This document shows positions 1 through 14,280 of a stretch of DNA of 64,000 nucleotides, one piece after another (the first letter of the stretch is position 1; the number at the start of each line of letters is the position of its first letter). The translations under genes and the position numbers were made by a program. The notes under the pieces are model-generated. The model was not told where the DNA came from and did no database searches. It saw nothing but the letters and a program-made list of their open reading frames with translations. This stretch comes from Octopus sinensis (Eukaryota): the NCBI RefSeq assembly GCF_006345805.1, contig NC_043015.1:51770001-51834000 (forward strand), written 5' to 3'.

Positions 1-904
1 CACACACCACACACACACACACATATATATATAATGCGTATCTTATAAGTTAGATGCCTTTTATTTATTATTTTTTCGGCAATGTTCTATGCAGTAGTAT
101 TACTCAAGATATTGCACCTATTATGAAACATGTGCTCATACTGGGCCATATAAATATTCCTACACATCTGCCTGCGGTAGTCGCTGAATAGTTTCAGCAA
201 AGTATTGAAAAGGCAAATTGCCACATTAATCCCGCAAATCACCATCGTGTGCAGTAACATTATGATATTTACGAATGGAATTAGAAGCCATATTTGTGGT
301 GAATATACATTTAACAGACAGAGACGTAAATGCAAAGAAACTCTGCGTCTTGCTTATATCGACACTCTGTCAAGTTGGAATATAACAGCCTTGAAAATAG
401 TTTTACTTTGAGTATAAATACAAAGAACTCAGCCCGCGATCGATTTTTCTCCGCTAGGATATTTTGGCCATAACACGTCTGAACAAAAGTTGAATGTTAG
501 AATTACAGTGAATGCTGGACGTTATTTTACAGACTCTGTTGTAATGACTCATGGTTATATTTCAAGTTGAACTAACCACTGACACTAAAATTTCATAATT
601 ATTAAATGGGTTTATAAATAACTTAAACTTCAGTGAAACTGAAGTTATTTTTACTTCTGATGTGTAAACCGTCGTGTGTTTCCTATATTGAATAGTTGAA
701 GTATGAGTTAACTTTATAATGAGCGAGATAACAATAGCTTTGGGGAAATATCTTCTGTTATGAATAAATTAAAGGATTGCACGGTTCGCAGGAGCCGGGT
801 GAATAAGATATCGGTTAATGATCATGAGCCGATATCTTGTTAATGATAGTGAAGTGTGCCCTTGAGGGGAGGTATTCGGTTCTACCTGACTCAGCATATT
901 AAAC

Positions 905-924
905 AGAGAAGTATAGAGAGAGAG

Positions 925-960
<36 letters not shown>

Positions 961-1080
961 TGAGCAAGAAGACAAAGATAAGGAAAGAAAGAAATGGATA
1001 TATAGATATAGATTGAGAGAGAGAGAGAGAGTGAAAGCGAGTGAGACAGAGAAAGGGATAAAGAGAAAGATAGAGAGCTT
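905..1080. repeat. (GA)n-rich low-complexity tract
   Basis: Direct reading; produces the SLSLSL ORFs. Confidence 0.9.
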
Positions 1081-1436
1081 TCGGTCGGTATGGGCATAGA
1101 AGGTAATTAAAAATTAATGCGGAATTTAGGTCGCTTAAACTTTCCTGATTTAACCATGTCAAAGAAACTGGCGCAATCCGGAATGACATCTGGCATTCAT
1201 GAATACACCAGTCTATTATTTCTCTCATACTTCGCAAAAGTTTCCACACCAACATTCATCAAATAGAAAAAAGACGGTGACAAACTACTGTACTGTAACT
1301 TGTTATATCGTCCAACGCCCAAACCTTAATACATAGGTTCAAATCTTATGTGAAGCTGTTTTTGGATAGAGGTTTGTGTGGAAGCAAAGCATTTTCTTTG
1401 AGATTAACATATCATACTTTATCAAGTTAAAGAGAT

Positions 1437-1821
1437 TTGGAAGCACTCCGTCGGTTACGACGACGAGTGTTCCGGTTGATCCGATCAACGGAACAGCCTG
1501 CTCGTGAAATTAACGTGTAAGTGGCTGAGCACTCCACAGACACGTCTACCCTTAACGTAGTTCTCGGGGATATTCAGCGTGACACAGAGAGTGACAAGGC
1601 CGGCCCTTTGAAATACATGTACAACAGAAACAGGAAGTAAGAGTGAGAGAAAGTTGTGGTGAAAGAGTACAGCAGGGATCACCACCATCCCTGCCGGAGC
1701 CTCGTGGAGCTTTAGGTGTTTTCACTCAATAAACACTCACAACGCCCGGTCTGGGAATCGAAACCGCGATCCTACGACCGCGTGTCCACTGCCCTAACCA
1801 CTAGGCCATAGCGCCTCCACC
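1437..1821 (-). mobile_element. Full-length tRNA-derived SINE (group T, copy 1) with 12-bp TSD
   Basis: Minus-strand head GTGGAGGCGCTATGGCCTAGTGGTTAGGGC...GGTTTCGATTCCCAGACCGGGC has Pol III A and B boxes. AGTTAAAGAGAT flanks it at 1425-1436 and 1822-1833. The 3' part is homologous to 36760-36900. Confidence 0.9.
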
Positions 1822-1969
1822 AGTTAAAGAGATGCCTATTGGTCGGTAGAGTTACCATGAGGATCGGATATCGCTGATTCATTACTTGTCAGCGGAATCG
1901 ATTTGTCTTAGATGTTGAAGCAAGTAAATTTGAAATGATATAATTAGTTGAAAGTTGTTCTTGTAAATT

Positions 1970-2175
1970 ATTTTACAACCCCAGGCCAGCCCTGAATTAG
2001 GCATAACCAGAGACAAAGAATGTACATCTGTGAATATTCTGTTCAAATTTTTATCGACCTTAGCTGCGATAGATTATCTTATATTTTATTTCTTTCAAAG
2101 ATTGTCTGATACGATTTAAAGGTAATTTAAGCTGTTATTTCTATGTAGCCAAGCGACTCCATACAAGCTCCTTAG
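1970..2175 (+). repeat. Old dispersed repeat (group E), unclassified
   Basis: CCCCAGGCCAGCCCTG...ATTTAAGCTGTTATTTCT; degenerate homologues at about 10695-10910 (reverse) and 28680-28835. Confidence 0.45.
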
Positions 2176-3124
2176 TTTCTTCCTTCTATATTTAGTAGGT
2201 CTCACAACTACTTTGCATAAGACCCCTTCCGGAACCACAGGATGGTATCGGTCGTTACTTTCATTTACTGGACAACAGTAACGTTACACGGAATTCTGTG
2301 AAAAGACATTCTCTAGGAGACCAATCAGTATCATACATAGAGGAAGTTATTCCTCGTTTACTCAAAGCTACAAAAGCACGTTCTATGAGGTTTTTATTTC
2401 GAAAGGATTCGCTTATTACATTTCGGAAACACGTGTAGTTGAGGCGAAAAAGATACTTGGTCAAATATACTCCACGTGTACGATGTTGGGTATACATTTA
2501 GTAAGCAAAATACATAAGATCGGTAATTTTTATCCCTATTATTAACACGGCTTCTAGCTTTAAGCATTCAATAAACATCTACCTCGTGGCTCTTATAAAG
2601 CGTTCTCTGATATTTAACATGCTAAGATGGTAAATGAAAAAGCAGTTCTTGAGGTCTGGGATTAAACCTGAATTATTCCATAAAACGGGATAAGATGCTT
2701 ATACTTGAAACGGTAATAATTCTAACATGAAATTTCTAATATCGCCGAAGCGGTTATATATTACTCAACATCTTAACATTGATTGGACGCCATATTAACA
2801 AGTGTAACCTCCGCTATGTTATACAGGGAGGCGAACAATGCTGTAAAATGCTCTGTCGATATTGGATGGCTGCCTTCATTTGACGAATGCTTACCACATG
2901 CATACATAGCACATACGTACGCAGATATTTGCATACACATGCACATATATTCACACATACATCCTTATATATATATATATACGAACATACTTGCCTACAT
3001 ACATACATTCTTGTATACACAAAGGCACAAATGCTTAAAAGCATATATACATATCCGTGCCTACGTATCTACTTATACATATATGCATATATGTATACTC
3101 ACGCACATGTGTATATATGTCTTT

Positions 3125-3442
<318 letters not shown>

Positions 3443-4188
3443 GAAACATGTATACATTCACACACATACCTGCGCGCACACAAACACATAGTCAGACACA
3501 TACGCACACATATACATGCATATACATGCTTATAAATACAGACTGCAATAATGGATGTACGAGTGAAAGATGTCAAGGAACTGACCGGAAATTAAGCTTA
3601 ACAACAGTTATTCAACGATGTTATTCAAATGCCTGCACGCCTAAAACATCAGCCATATGACTGGAGCCAACACATCCAATCACTCTAATATTTATGTTCC
3701 AAGCCAAAAGGTCGTAACATCATAGCAGTATAAGCAGAAGCAACATAACCATTGCTTAAAAGGTAAGAAACAACCTTTAGAAGCTGTTTAATGCTGTATT
3801 TATGAGAAAAAGTACCATATAAATTGTGATCTCGATTAAATTGTCTAGCATTATTTCCTACAAAAATTTGTCCCTATTCGGGCATAAAAATTAAATTAAA
3901 ATTCGTGTTAGGTATCTGAGACACGAAATCGACATGTATCTGCTGGCTCTTAATCGTGTACTGCCGTTCGCTAATATACACTCATCGAAAAAAGTAAATA
4001 GCTACCGAATATCTGAAGGAAAGTTCTCCGAACGAGCCAACAAGGTTGATATGATATGTAGCCTAGTCGATGAAACTCTGAGAAATAATATTCAATGCTT
4101 CTTAGAATAAAATCCTGATTTAGGATTTTTAAAGGGAACAAGAACAAGGAAGAACCTAAAACCTTAAATAAAGTAGATCTAAAAAATA

Positions 4189-4265
4189 TACGAGGATGTG
4201 CTGAAGAGTTCCTGGATTGTGGATACTCCCGAAGCTCAAACTTTTTCAGCAGTCTCTCCTATGTA
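4189..4265. mobile_element. Minimal mariner-type MITE (two TIRs, almost no interior)
   Basis: TACGAGGATGTGCTGAAGAGTT at left and AACTTTTTCAGCAGTCTCTCCTATGTA at right; TIRs resemble those of 4610-4834. Confidence 0.55.
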
Positions 4266-4560
4266 CACATGTAATATGATTTAGTTATTGAATTTATTTA
4301 TCGATACGGTGGTACATTGAGTAAATGTATTTGATAGTTGTGGCTTCTTTGGTTTGTTTATTCCCCCAAAACACTTATTTTAATGCTGTTGACACCACCG
4401 GATTGAATGGTACTGCTCAGGTGTCGAAACCATAATGATATCTGTGGGGATGCTGATGATGGAGGTGTGTTGGCTTGTCGGTATGGCTGTTTTTGTATAT
4501 GTGGGATAATATTATTGGATTGTTGGTATGGCTGTGGAATAGTTATATAACACATTCTTA

Positions 4561-4609
<49 letters not shown>

Positions 4610-4612
<3 letters not shown>

Positions 4613-4834
4613 GAGGTTGTGTCCGAAACGTTTCTGGATTTGGTGAAAAGAAAATACAGGAGGCGGATCAGTTAATTATGATTTTATTCAACATATTAAC
4701 CTCTCAGATTCAGACACTTATTGCAGCCGTCCTTCAGTTTTTCTATATCCTGTAAAAGAATTGGCGAGTTTGGGCCTCCAACCAGGCCTTTCGCGATAAC
4801 CTCAAAGTCAGGGACGTCTCAGCACTCCCTCGTA
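4610..4834 (-). mobile_element. Mariner-derived MITE
   Basis: TIRs TACGAGGTTGTGTCCGAAACGT and ACGTCTCAGCACTCCCTCGTA with TA ends. Interior minus strand reads CNKCLNLRG*YVE*, like a mariner transposase C-terminus. Confidence 0.8.
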
Positions 4835-4889
4835 CTGGAAACTCATACGACAGATTCTTGCTCAGCCGTTGTATATACACAGACACATT

Positions 4890-4891
<2 letters not shown>

Positions 4892-4923
<32 letters not shown>

Positions 4924-5345
4924 TGTATGTATGTATGTATGTATGTATGTATATATGTATGTATGTATGTATGTATGCATGCATGTATGTATGAATGTAT
5001 GTATGTATGTATGTACGTATGTATGTATGTATATATGTATGAATGTATGTATGTATGTATGTATGCATGTATGTATGAATGCATGTATGTATGTATGTAT
5101 GTATGTATGTATGAATGTATGTATGTATGTATGAATGTATGTATGTATGCATGTATGTATGTATGTATGCATGTATGTATGAATGTATGTATGTATATAT
5201 GAATGTATCTATGTATGTATGTATGCATGTATGTATGCATCTATGTATGCATGCATGTATGTATGTATGTATGTATGTATGTATGTATGTATGTATGTAT
5301 GTGTGCATGCATGCATGTATGTTTGTATCTATCTATCTATCTATC
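4892..5345. repeat. (TATG)n tetranucleotide array with GAAT/GCAT variants
   Basis: Direct reading. Confidence 0.95.
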
Positions 5346-5649
5346 TTTAAAGTTTTGTAGAACTAACAAGATAAATTAGAATTTAGTACCTGAATATATA
5401 AGACATATATTTTTAACCGAATATTTATGTTTTTAACCGAAAAAAGTCACAAAGTGATTCAAGAATCGAACATTTCATTAATGACCGAGGAGTTAATTTG
5501 ACAAATTCCACGGACGAAAGTCTCCGCCCTGGAATCGCTTTGTAGCTTCCGCTCATTGAAATTACATAAATACATATATACATGCATGCATACATACATA
5601 TATACATGCGTGTATACATACCTACATAATACACACACACACATATATA

Positions 5650-5654
5650 AATGC

Positions 5655-5691
<37 letters not shown>

Positions 5692-5729
5692 CGCGCGCAT
5701 GTACGTAATATATATATACATATATGCAT

Positions 5730-5795
<66 letters not shown>

Positions 5796-5830
5796 ACATG
5801 CGTGTGTGTGTATGTGTGTGCGTGCGCATA
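5650..5830. repeat. (TA)n/(TG)n compound microsatellite
   Basis: Direct reading. Confidence 0.9.
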
Positions 5831-7070
5831 TACAAGCGTACTCATATGAAGTGCATTTCTTGGAAACATGTATGGATGTTTTATTTCTGCCAGTTAATAT
5901 TACTGTATTCCATAAAATGTCATTTAAACTTGTGTAGTAAAAATTTTGTCAGCTTTTCACAAACTCTTGTCAACATGTTTCGAAAAATACCAAATAACAA
6001 TAAAAAATAATATTAAAAAAAGAATATAAAATAATAATTCCAACGGACAGAAAACATGAAATATTTTTTGGTAAAAGTATTTTTACGTTGTTTTATTTAT
6101 TTATATAATTATCTATTGATTATTGTGAATTCTTCTTTATTGTTTTCATTTTTAATTTGTTTTTGTTCTAATGCACCTAATATTAATTCTAAAATGATTG
6201 TTGGAACTAATCTAAACGGTTAATTCTTTCTATCCCAAAGGGAGCAATTTGTCTTTTTCACAACACTTCTATAATGAAATGACGGAAGATTTTGTGACAT
6301 GATGTCGGAATAGTTTAAGTGTTGTCGATCTTGAAATGAAAGGAAAAGCCCTGAAAAAGAGACAAATTACCTGAAAATCTTTCAATAACTTTTGTTTATT
6401 TATTTATTGCTTTGCTTTGTTCTTGGCAAATATCTTCTTTTCTTTACCGCGCTCCGCGAGAAACGTCAAAGCTATTTAGCTGATTAGATTTAAAGTGTCT
6501 TACGTTCGCCTTGTCATTTGTCTCATCGCATAAAGCCAACGAAGAGATCTGGCACACGTGATTATATAACAACACATGATAGGTTCATTGCAATAGAGTG
6601 ATGTCGACAATGCTGCTGCCGTTATTGTTGTAGTTGTTGTTGTTGTTGCTGTTGGTTATGTTGTTGTTGTTGACGTCATCGATGTTCCCGTTTATCAATG
6701 TATTTGTCATTGCAATTCTAGTCACACTCTCTTTTCCCTCTCTCTCTCTTTCTCTCTCTCTTCCTCTTATTTGTTTTTCTCTTTCTATTCCTCTCTACAC
6801 TGCCAAGTGTAACTTTTGACTTAGATTTCACAAAACCGAATCAATCAGATGTACACGATAATATCATACCATGCAAAACGGAAAAATCAAACAGGAATAT
6901 CAAACAACAACAACAACAAAAACAACAACTCATGACAACAACAACAACAACAACAGCAACAACAACACAACAGCAATAAATACGTCACTTCAGTATGCCC
7001 AAACACACGAAAAGCGAAATGAACAAATATAAAGAAAAAGGAAAATATTACCAAATTTTTACACGTTTGT

Positions 7071-7261
7071 TATTCTTTTATTCTTTCACTTCAGCCATGC
7101 TGAAGCACCACCTTTAGTCGAACAAATCTACCCCAAGACTAATTCCTTGTAAGCCTAGTACTCATTCTATCGGTTGTCTTTTGCTGAACCGCTAAGTTAC
7201 GGGGACGTTAACACAAAAACATCGGTTGCCAAGCGATGGTGGGAGGACAAACACAGACACG

Positions 7262-7339
<78 letters not shown>

Positions 7340-7361
7340 GCGATAGATAGATAGATAGATC

Positions 7362-7457
<96 letters not shown>

Positions 7458-7632
7458 TAGATATAGATATACAACCGGCTTCTTTTAGTTTCCATCTACC
7501 ATATCCACTCACAAAGCTTTGGTCTGCCCGATGCTATAGTAGACATTTGCCGAAGGTGGTACGCAGTGGGACTGAACCCGGAACCCGGTGGTTGGGAAGG
7601 AAGTTTATTATCACACAGATACGTCAGCACCT
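7071..7632 (-). mobile_element. tRNA-derived SINE group A with expanded internal (TA)(GA)(GATA)n
   Basis: Colinear with the intact copy at 50521-50933 on both sides of a roughly 205-bp microsatellite. Confidence 0.9.
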
Positions 7633-7694
7633 ATGTTTGTTAAGTTTAATTTTAGAAGATTACTTCCTGCATACTTCGCAACTCGAAATTGTGC

Positions 7695-7746
<52 letters not shown>

Positions 7747-8409
7747 TACCAAAGTCGTGAACTCTGATCTGTTAATACTGACATCGTGTGTTTGTTTGAC
7801 CTGCGATATTTCCCGCAAAACTCTGTTTTCCATTTGCCCTCAACAATATTTATAATGAGGCTGACTTATGACCCATGTGACACGTGTACACCGTTCAATC
7901 CATAACGTTTTAAGTAAGTGAAATAACCGCCATTGCTGTTAGATTACAAAATGTAGTTCTGTTATTATACAGCTGTCTGTTATATATGTTCAGCTATAAA
8001 TTTGTTGGATGTGCATTGTTCTTAGCTGTAAGCAACCCTGAACTTGTAACCACTCTCATTAATTGTATTATATAATTCTACTGACATTTGTAGGGGAGAG
8101 TTTAGTTGCGGACGTTTTCGCCTAAATGGTTTTCGTGAATAGGATTCTGTTCTCGTATGAATCGAAGCGCTATTTCTGTCACTGATCTCTCGTGGGAATT
8201 AGATGAATGTTCCAGTCTCGTGTACCCCTCTTGCTTGGATCCTAAAATGTTCAAATATTCAGACTCTATGCCCAATGTTAAATAATCGCAATCGAGTCAC
8301 GCATACCTCCTGTCTTCTGTGAAAACCCTGGAGATGAAATTAATGCAGTGTTGTTTTCGTTTTGGCGGCATGCTCTGAAATATATTCTCATCATATTCTT
8401 TCTCAACAT

Positions 8410-8492
8410 AGATGCAAGCATGGCTGTATTGTTTAGAATATTACCTATCAACCACGTTGCGTCAGGTTCGATCCCACTGCAAGGCACATTGG
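8410..8492 (+). mobile_element. Degenerate SINE group A head
   Basis: TGGCTGTATTGTTTAGAA...CAACCAC...GGTTCGATCCCACTGC. Confidence 0.6.
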
Positions 8493-9149
8493 TAACATCT
8501 TTTAATTCGACCTTTCGGTGAATAATCTAAGATAGTATTAAGAGACGCATTACGGGAGAACATCAGAGTTCTTGCCAACCCCCAACCCCCCACAGGCTAT
8601 ATCACTGCTCACCGCTGTCGGGGCGGAGATTACTGACCGCAAGAGCGACCTCCGTGGCTGTTCCAGCGCACCTTCTTCGCTAACCTCCAAGGCAACGCCT
8701 TTTCCATTTGTCTGCCGGTACCATGAGAAATGTTTCTATATCGTGAAAGGCAAGAGTCTCCCTTTATTACTATCGGCCCAAAGGTTTGTCGAGAAAGTTC
8801 GCATAACTTCTAGTATCTCATGGTTTTCCTTTCTGAATTAAAAAGCTTTCGGGTTTCAACTTTATCAATCATCATTTCTGTTTCACTAACTCTGCACCGG
8901 TTATACGCTTGGTGACAGTCGATACATTTTAAGAAACCTCTTCAAATGAATTAGCTATTGTTGCTGTTTTATTTTTTGCAATTGATGTTCCATTGTTTAT
9001 TGAGAGCGTAGTGTAACAGACCCGCATCATGCGCATCGTTAGTGGACGGACAAGGTTTTGATCCTCCTTTCTATTATTGTAGATATAACTTGCATTTTCT
9101 AATAGAGGACCATGTTACGCATATCAACATTCATTGTTACATCTTTCGT

Positions 9150-9410
9150 AGATATATATCTATATATGTGTGTGCGTGTGTGGTGTGCGTGTGCGTGTAT
9201 GTGTATATTTGTGTGATTGTGATTGTCAGCCCACCATCACTTGACAACTTATGTTGGTGTGTTTACGTCCCTGCACATAGGAGACCGATAGAATAAGTGC
9301 TAGGCTTACAAGGAATAAATCACGTGGTCGATTTGTTCGGCTAAAAGGCGGTGCTCAAGCACGGCCGCAGTCAATTGACTGAAACCAATAAAAGAATAGA
9401 AAAACAGAAT
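9150..9410 (+). mobile_element. SINE group A, 3' half
   Basis: GACCGATAGAATAAGTGCTAGGCTTACA...GGCGGTGCTC...GACTGAAAC matches the 3' half of 50521-50933. Confidence 0.85.
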
Positions 9411-9627
9411 AAACATTCATATATATGTACATAGAAACAAATACCTATTGGCTGTTTTGTGAAGGTGCCCTCGGCAGTGTTTCTGTCAACCAAATTTTAG
9501 AAAGATATCGTTTTGATGTGAAAAGACTTCATGTGCCAAGTGTGTGTCTCGATGTGGAATCGAAGCCGAATGAACTAAATTATAAAATTGACAAAACGGC
9601 CCATACAACCACACTACAAAACCACAA

Positions 9628-9861
9628 TTACTTCGTTGTTGCACACAGGGGACTAAACATAGAGGGGACAAACAAGGACAGAAAAAGGGATTAAGTCGAT
9701 TACATCGGCCCCAGTGCGTAACTGGTACTTAATTTATCGACTCCGAAAGGATAAAAGGCAAAGTCCACCTCGGCGGAATTTGAACTCAGAACGTAAAGAC
9801 AGACGAAATGCCATTATGTATTTCGCCCGGCGTGCTAACGTTTCTACCTACTCGCCGCCTA
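9628..9861 (-). mobile_element. Nin/Deu-domain SINE (group N, tail B), solitary
   Basis: Reverse complement of head, GCCTTTCATCCTTTCGGGGTCGATAAATTAAGTACCAG-type core and tail B. Confidence 0.9.
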
Positions 9862-10694
9862 TAATATCGTTTATAAGGTGATGAGTATGGAAATTATACA
9901 TATGTTAAGCAGAATTTGATCGACGAACCGATTTAGTAGATTATACTCCACTATAGATGTGTTTACTTAACAGTTTGTAATCACATTTAGTTTTCTTGGG
10001 GTAAAACAGCAGGAAAAAAAAAAACTGAGAAAATTAGTGCAGAGTCTGGGTCGAGAATGAAAGAATTTTGCTGCCAGCTTCTTAAATGCTTAAGACAACC
10101 TTTCACCGTTTAAACTGGCTGATTTCACGAATATATTCCAGCTGCTTTGCTACCGTAACATTGTTAATGAATAAACATTCTTAGGCTTCAAATTTATTGT
10201 AGGTCACACACGATATTATTCAGTGGTTGTAAATATGGCGCCATACCATTTAGTGCAAGAATTTTGCAACAGCACTCAAGCTAAATATGTGTAAAACACT
10301 CAAACCAAACATTATCTACACCACTCATGTTAAAACGTGTGTGTACGTCGACGAAATACTTTATAGAAATATATCACGAAGCTGTGTTACGTTCAGTCGA
10401 TTACCCCCACATACGCTACATTAAACAACACAACTACGCAGTCAGTAAATGGCACTTGTAAAATCCAAGTCATAACAGTGGAAAAACTTTCAGACGAGAG
10501 TTATACACTAAACGCTTTCGATATTAAAAGTACGCCAGCCCATGCTTACTATTGCGAACAAATTGTATTTTGTCTGGTTTCTTTGATCGAAGTTATGCAG
10601 CAAGGAGGAAGACCAGACAAAGATAGCAGTTTTACTCAAGGTGTTTCTGTGTAGCTACTTCATGAATAGTCTTCTTTTAGGTAAATACTTTTAA

Positions 10695-10910
10695 GTCATA
10701 GCTCGACCTGTTGGAAATATCAGTTAAATTCTAGCCAATTCTCGACGCTCTAAAAAATAAATAAAGAGATAAATAAATGAAAGAAAACGACACTTGGGAT
10801 AATATACTCAATGATAGACAATGCCGTAAAATAAAATGGTCGAAACAGTCAAGAGAAGAACGCTTTTATTAGAATCAGCTCAGTTAGGTTTAACCTGGTG
10901 TTAGACACTA
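10695..10910 (-). repeat. Old dispersed repeat (group E)
   Basis: Reverse similarity to 1970-2175. Confidence 0.4.
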
Positions 10911-11099
10911 ATGGAGACTACGAGTATTCTCTCGGCGATCTTTTCCTGTTTTATGTCATATATAAACACGGATGCATGCATACATACATACATAAATACA
11001 TGTTCTCTCTGCACATATGTCTGTGTATTATTTCTGCACACATACATATGAAGACACACACACACACAACACACATACGTAAGTATGTATTATGGGCAT

Positions 11100-11295
<196 letters not shown>

Positions 11296-13372
11296 GCATA
11301 TAATCTTGTCTTTTTTGTATATTTAGGAGGATATAAATTGTAGAAAGAAATCGAAACATAAAACAGTGAAAATTGTAATGGAAAAGGAAAAAACAAAAAA
11401 CAAAAAAACAAAAGTAAGGAAGCATCTTTTTAATATTAATAAGAAACGCTGTCATAAATAATGAAAGCCTTTTAAAACATTTAATTACATTTTAAGAACT
11501 TTAAAAAGTGAATGTTATAAACTATTAAAGTGCGAACGTATTTTGAATAAACGATGTTGCTATATGTGAATAGGTTGGCATTTTTTTAAAGTTATATTTG
11601 CTCTACATGAATTTTATGTAGTGAATCTATAGTTTTTACAGAGTTCTTTGGAAGTTTTAAAAAGTGTCTCCATAACAAACAGAAAGTGGTTTTTCTTGAC
11701 AAGGTAGACAGTTTTTTGCTGAATATCAATCAGAAAACATACTTATTCATACATCTATGCAAGAGAATTTCATTGTAGTTGCTATTTAAATCAAACACAA
11801 ACCTTAACTTAGCCCGGTGATCACTAGGCTAATCAGACATACCGCACATTCTTTATCGGCCTGATAAAATAATTTAGAGATATTTATCAACAGGACAGCA
11901 TATATTAGAAACAAAAGATCTTCAAACTAGTTGACGTAGAGTTTTTTTAACAATATTGTCATGATAACGGAAGTTAAACCAGGGGGCGGGGATGACAACG
12001 AATGGATTTAGCAGTAAAGATGGAGTCAAGAATTCGGAATGGTAGCTGTTATATGAACGATAGTAGTAGAGAATGAACTGAGATTTGAATCATATAACGA
12101 ATGGAAAATGGGCAATTATGCAATATAGTAAAATACATAAAAATTATAATTTCAATTTTACCAACATTTTAGATTGACCCCCAAAGGTTGTTCAAACTTT
12201 TGGCTACACATTTAAAATGTACTTACGTTACTACTATTATCTGAAACGTTTCTTCATATCTAATTTTAATAAAATTATCTCTAAGGTTTCCTTGCTAAGA
12301 AATTGTATTTCATAAGAAACGCATTTTAAGAAGTTAACGTTTTGGAAACATGGCGGTTAGGCATTGTCAGTTAAGATTTTATCGCACGGCGAACTATAAT
12401 GTAGAATTAGCTGTGACCTGACCACAGCATATACGGCTTTCAAATAATGATTCTCATTCACATTTAAATAATTTATACCATACATAGCATGTATGTTATG
12501 TCATACATACCTTGTTATATACTTGTAGCAAATAACACTCTGATGTAATCTCCGAGATTTAACGAACAAGCGGCATAAGAAGAGGTGGTAATTATAGTAG
12601 ACTGTTTGCTCAGTGGAATACAACAATTTCCTCTTTCTTCAAGAAAGTCAAATGTAAATGACAGAATAAAATATTATTAATGATTCATGCTTATCTGTGT
12701 TGTTTTCAACAAAGTATTCTGTTAGGCCCCCGAAGGAAAGAAAACTCATTACTCAGAATGATTTTAATTAGATATGACAGTTTAATATGCATTTGTTCCT
12801 GCATGACAAATAATTAGGCGTGGACATGAAACGGAGCATTACTTTTAAGCAGGAATCTTTCATAGCGTAAACATATTTCGCACAGAGAAGTGATTAGATT
12901 AAGTCGTTATAATTTCGTTTTATGTAACCTCTCCTTAAATCTTCTTCAATATCTGTTGTGTATTTTAATCTTTCTTCCATGATCTGTACTTACTTTCCAT
13001 TAAACGTTGAGTACAGATGCCAGATGCTGCATTTGGTGAGAGGGTGGAGGATGTGCAAGGGAACATTTTAAGGTAAATACATGTGGAAGGTAATTCATGC
13101 ACTGAGAACTGATCGACAAGGAGATCCATCATAGGAATATAAACATGCACACAAACATGCGCATATACATTATACATACATTATCTTTACACACAAACAC
13201 ACAAACATATATTTACATGCAAAATAAGAAAGACAGAGAGTGGGAGAGAGGGGGTTAAGGGAGAGGCACATTGAAAGATAGATGCAGATACGTTGTATCA
13301 TCGATGTGTTCATATATATGTATGCGTATATATAAATGAAGACACAGGTATAAAGAGCAGGGCAGGTATTTT

Positions 13373-13542
13373 TAGGCGCAGACGTGGGTGTGTGGTAAGA
13401 AGCTTGCTTCCCAACCACATGGTTTCGGGTTCGGTCCCACTAAATGAAAGGCAAAGTAAACATGAGCACAATTTGAACTCAGAACGTAAAGACTCCAAGC
13501 ATTCTCCCCCAGCGTGATGTCGATTCCGTCAGCTCACTGCAT
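13373..13542. mobile_element. SINE A head (+, 13373-13441) abutting a degenerate SINE N 5' fragment (-)
   Basis: AGGCGCAGACGTGGGTGTGTGGTAAGAAGC...GGTTCGGTCCCACT, then ATGAAAGGCAAAGT...ATTTGAACTCAGAACGT. Confidence 0.75.
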
Positions 13543-13877
13543 TGTTCATATTAAGTACTAGGTACAAATCGGAAATGAATCAATGAGGATGATGATCAAC
13601 CGGGTATCCACGGATAATACGGACTATATTGTACTAATCCAAGGATACAGTCTCTGATGTCAAAATCTTGTGATTTGTGGAAACGCGCGTAACGATATAT
13701 TAAATATCTATATATTCCATCCTATAATTATTGTTATTATATTTATCCAAGATTATATCGGTATAACCGTGATGCAACCCCTAAAAGCTGACTCACTAGT
13801 CAATATCATTAAACGGTAGCATGTGGTTGGAAAATAGGCTTCTTACCACACAGCAGCCACACCTGAATAATATAGAG

Positions 13878-14280
13878 CAGCGAGCTGGCAGAAACGTTAG
13901 CAAGCCGGGCGAAATGCTTAGCGGTATTTCGTCTGCCGCTACGTTCTGGGTTCAAATTCCGCCGAGGTTGACTTTGCCTTTCATCCTTTCGGGGCCTATA
14001 AATTAAGTACCAGTTACACACTGGGGTCGATGTAATCGACTTAATCCGTTTGTCTGTTCTTGTTTGTCCTCTTTGTGTTTAGCCTCTTGTGGGTAGTAAA
14101 GAAATAGTTATTTCGTCTGTCTCTACGGTCTGAGTTCAAACTCCGTCTAGGTCTACTTTGCCTTTAATCCTTTTGGAGTCAATAATTTAAGTATCAGTTG
14201 CGTGCTGGGGTCGATCTAATAGACTGCCCCCCTCCCCACCAAATTTTCGGGCCGTGTGCTTAGAGTAGAAAAATATAATT
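13878..14280 (+). mobile_element. SINE N composite: tail-B copy joined to a 5'-truncated tail-A copy
   Basis: Junction GTAGTAAAGAAATA|GTTATTTCGTC at 14106/14107. Confidence 0.9.

Noticed and set aside
1745-1820. Possible tRNA gene (also 56424-56495)
   Set aside because: Continues into a SINE body, with a TSD in this copy; it is a tRNA-derived head
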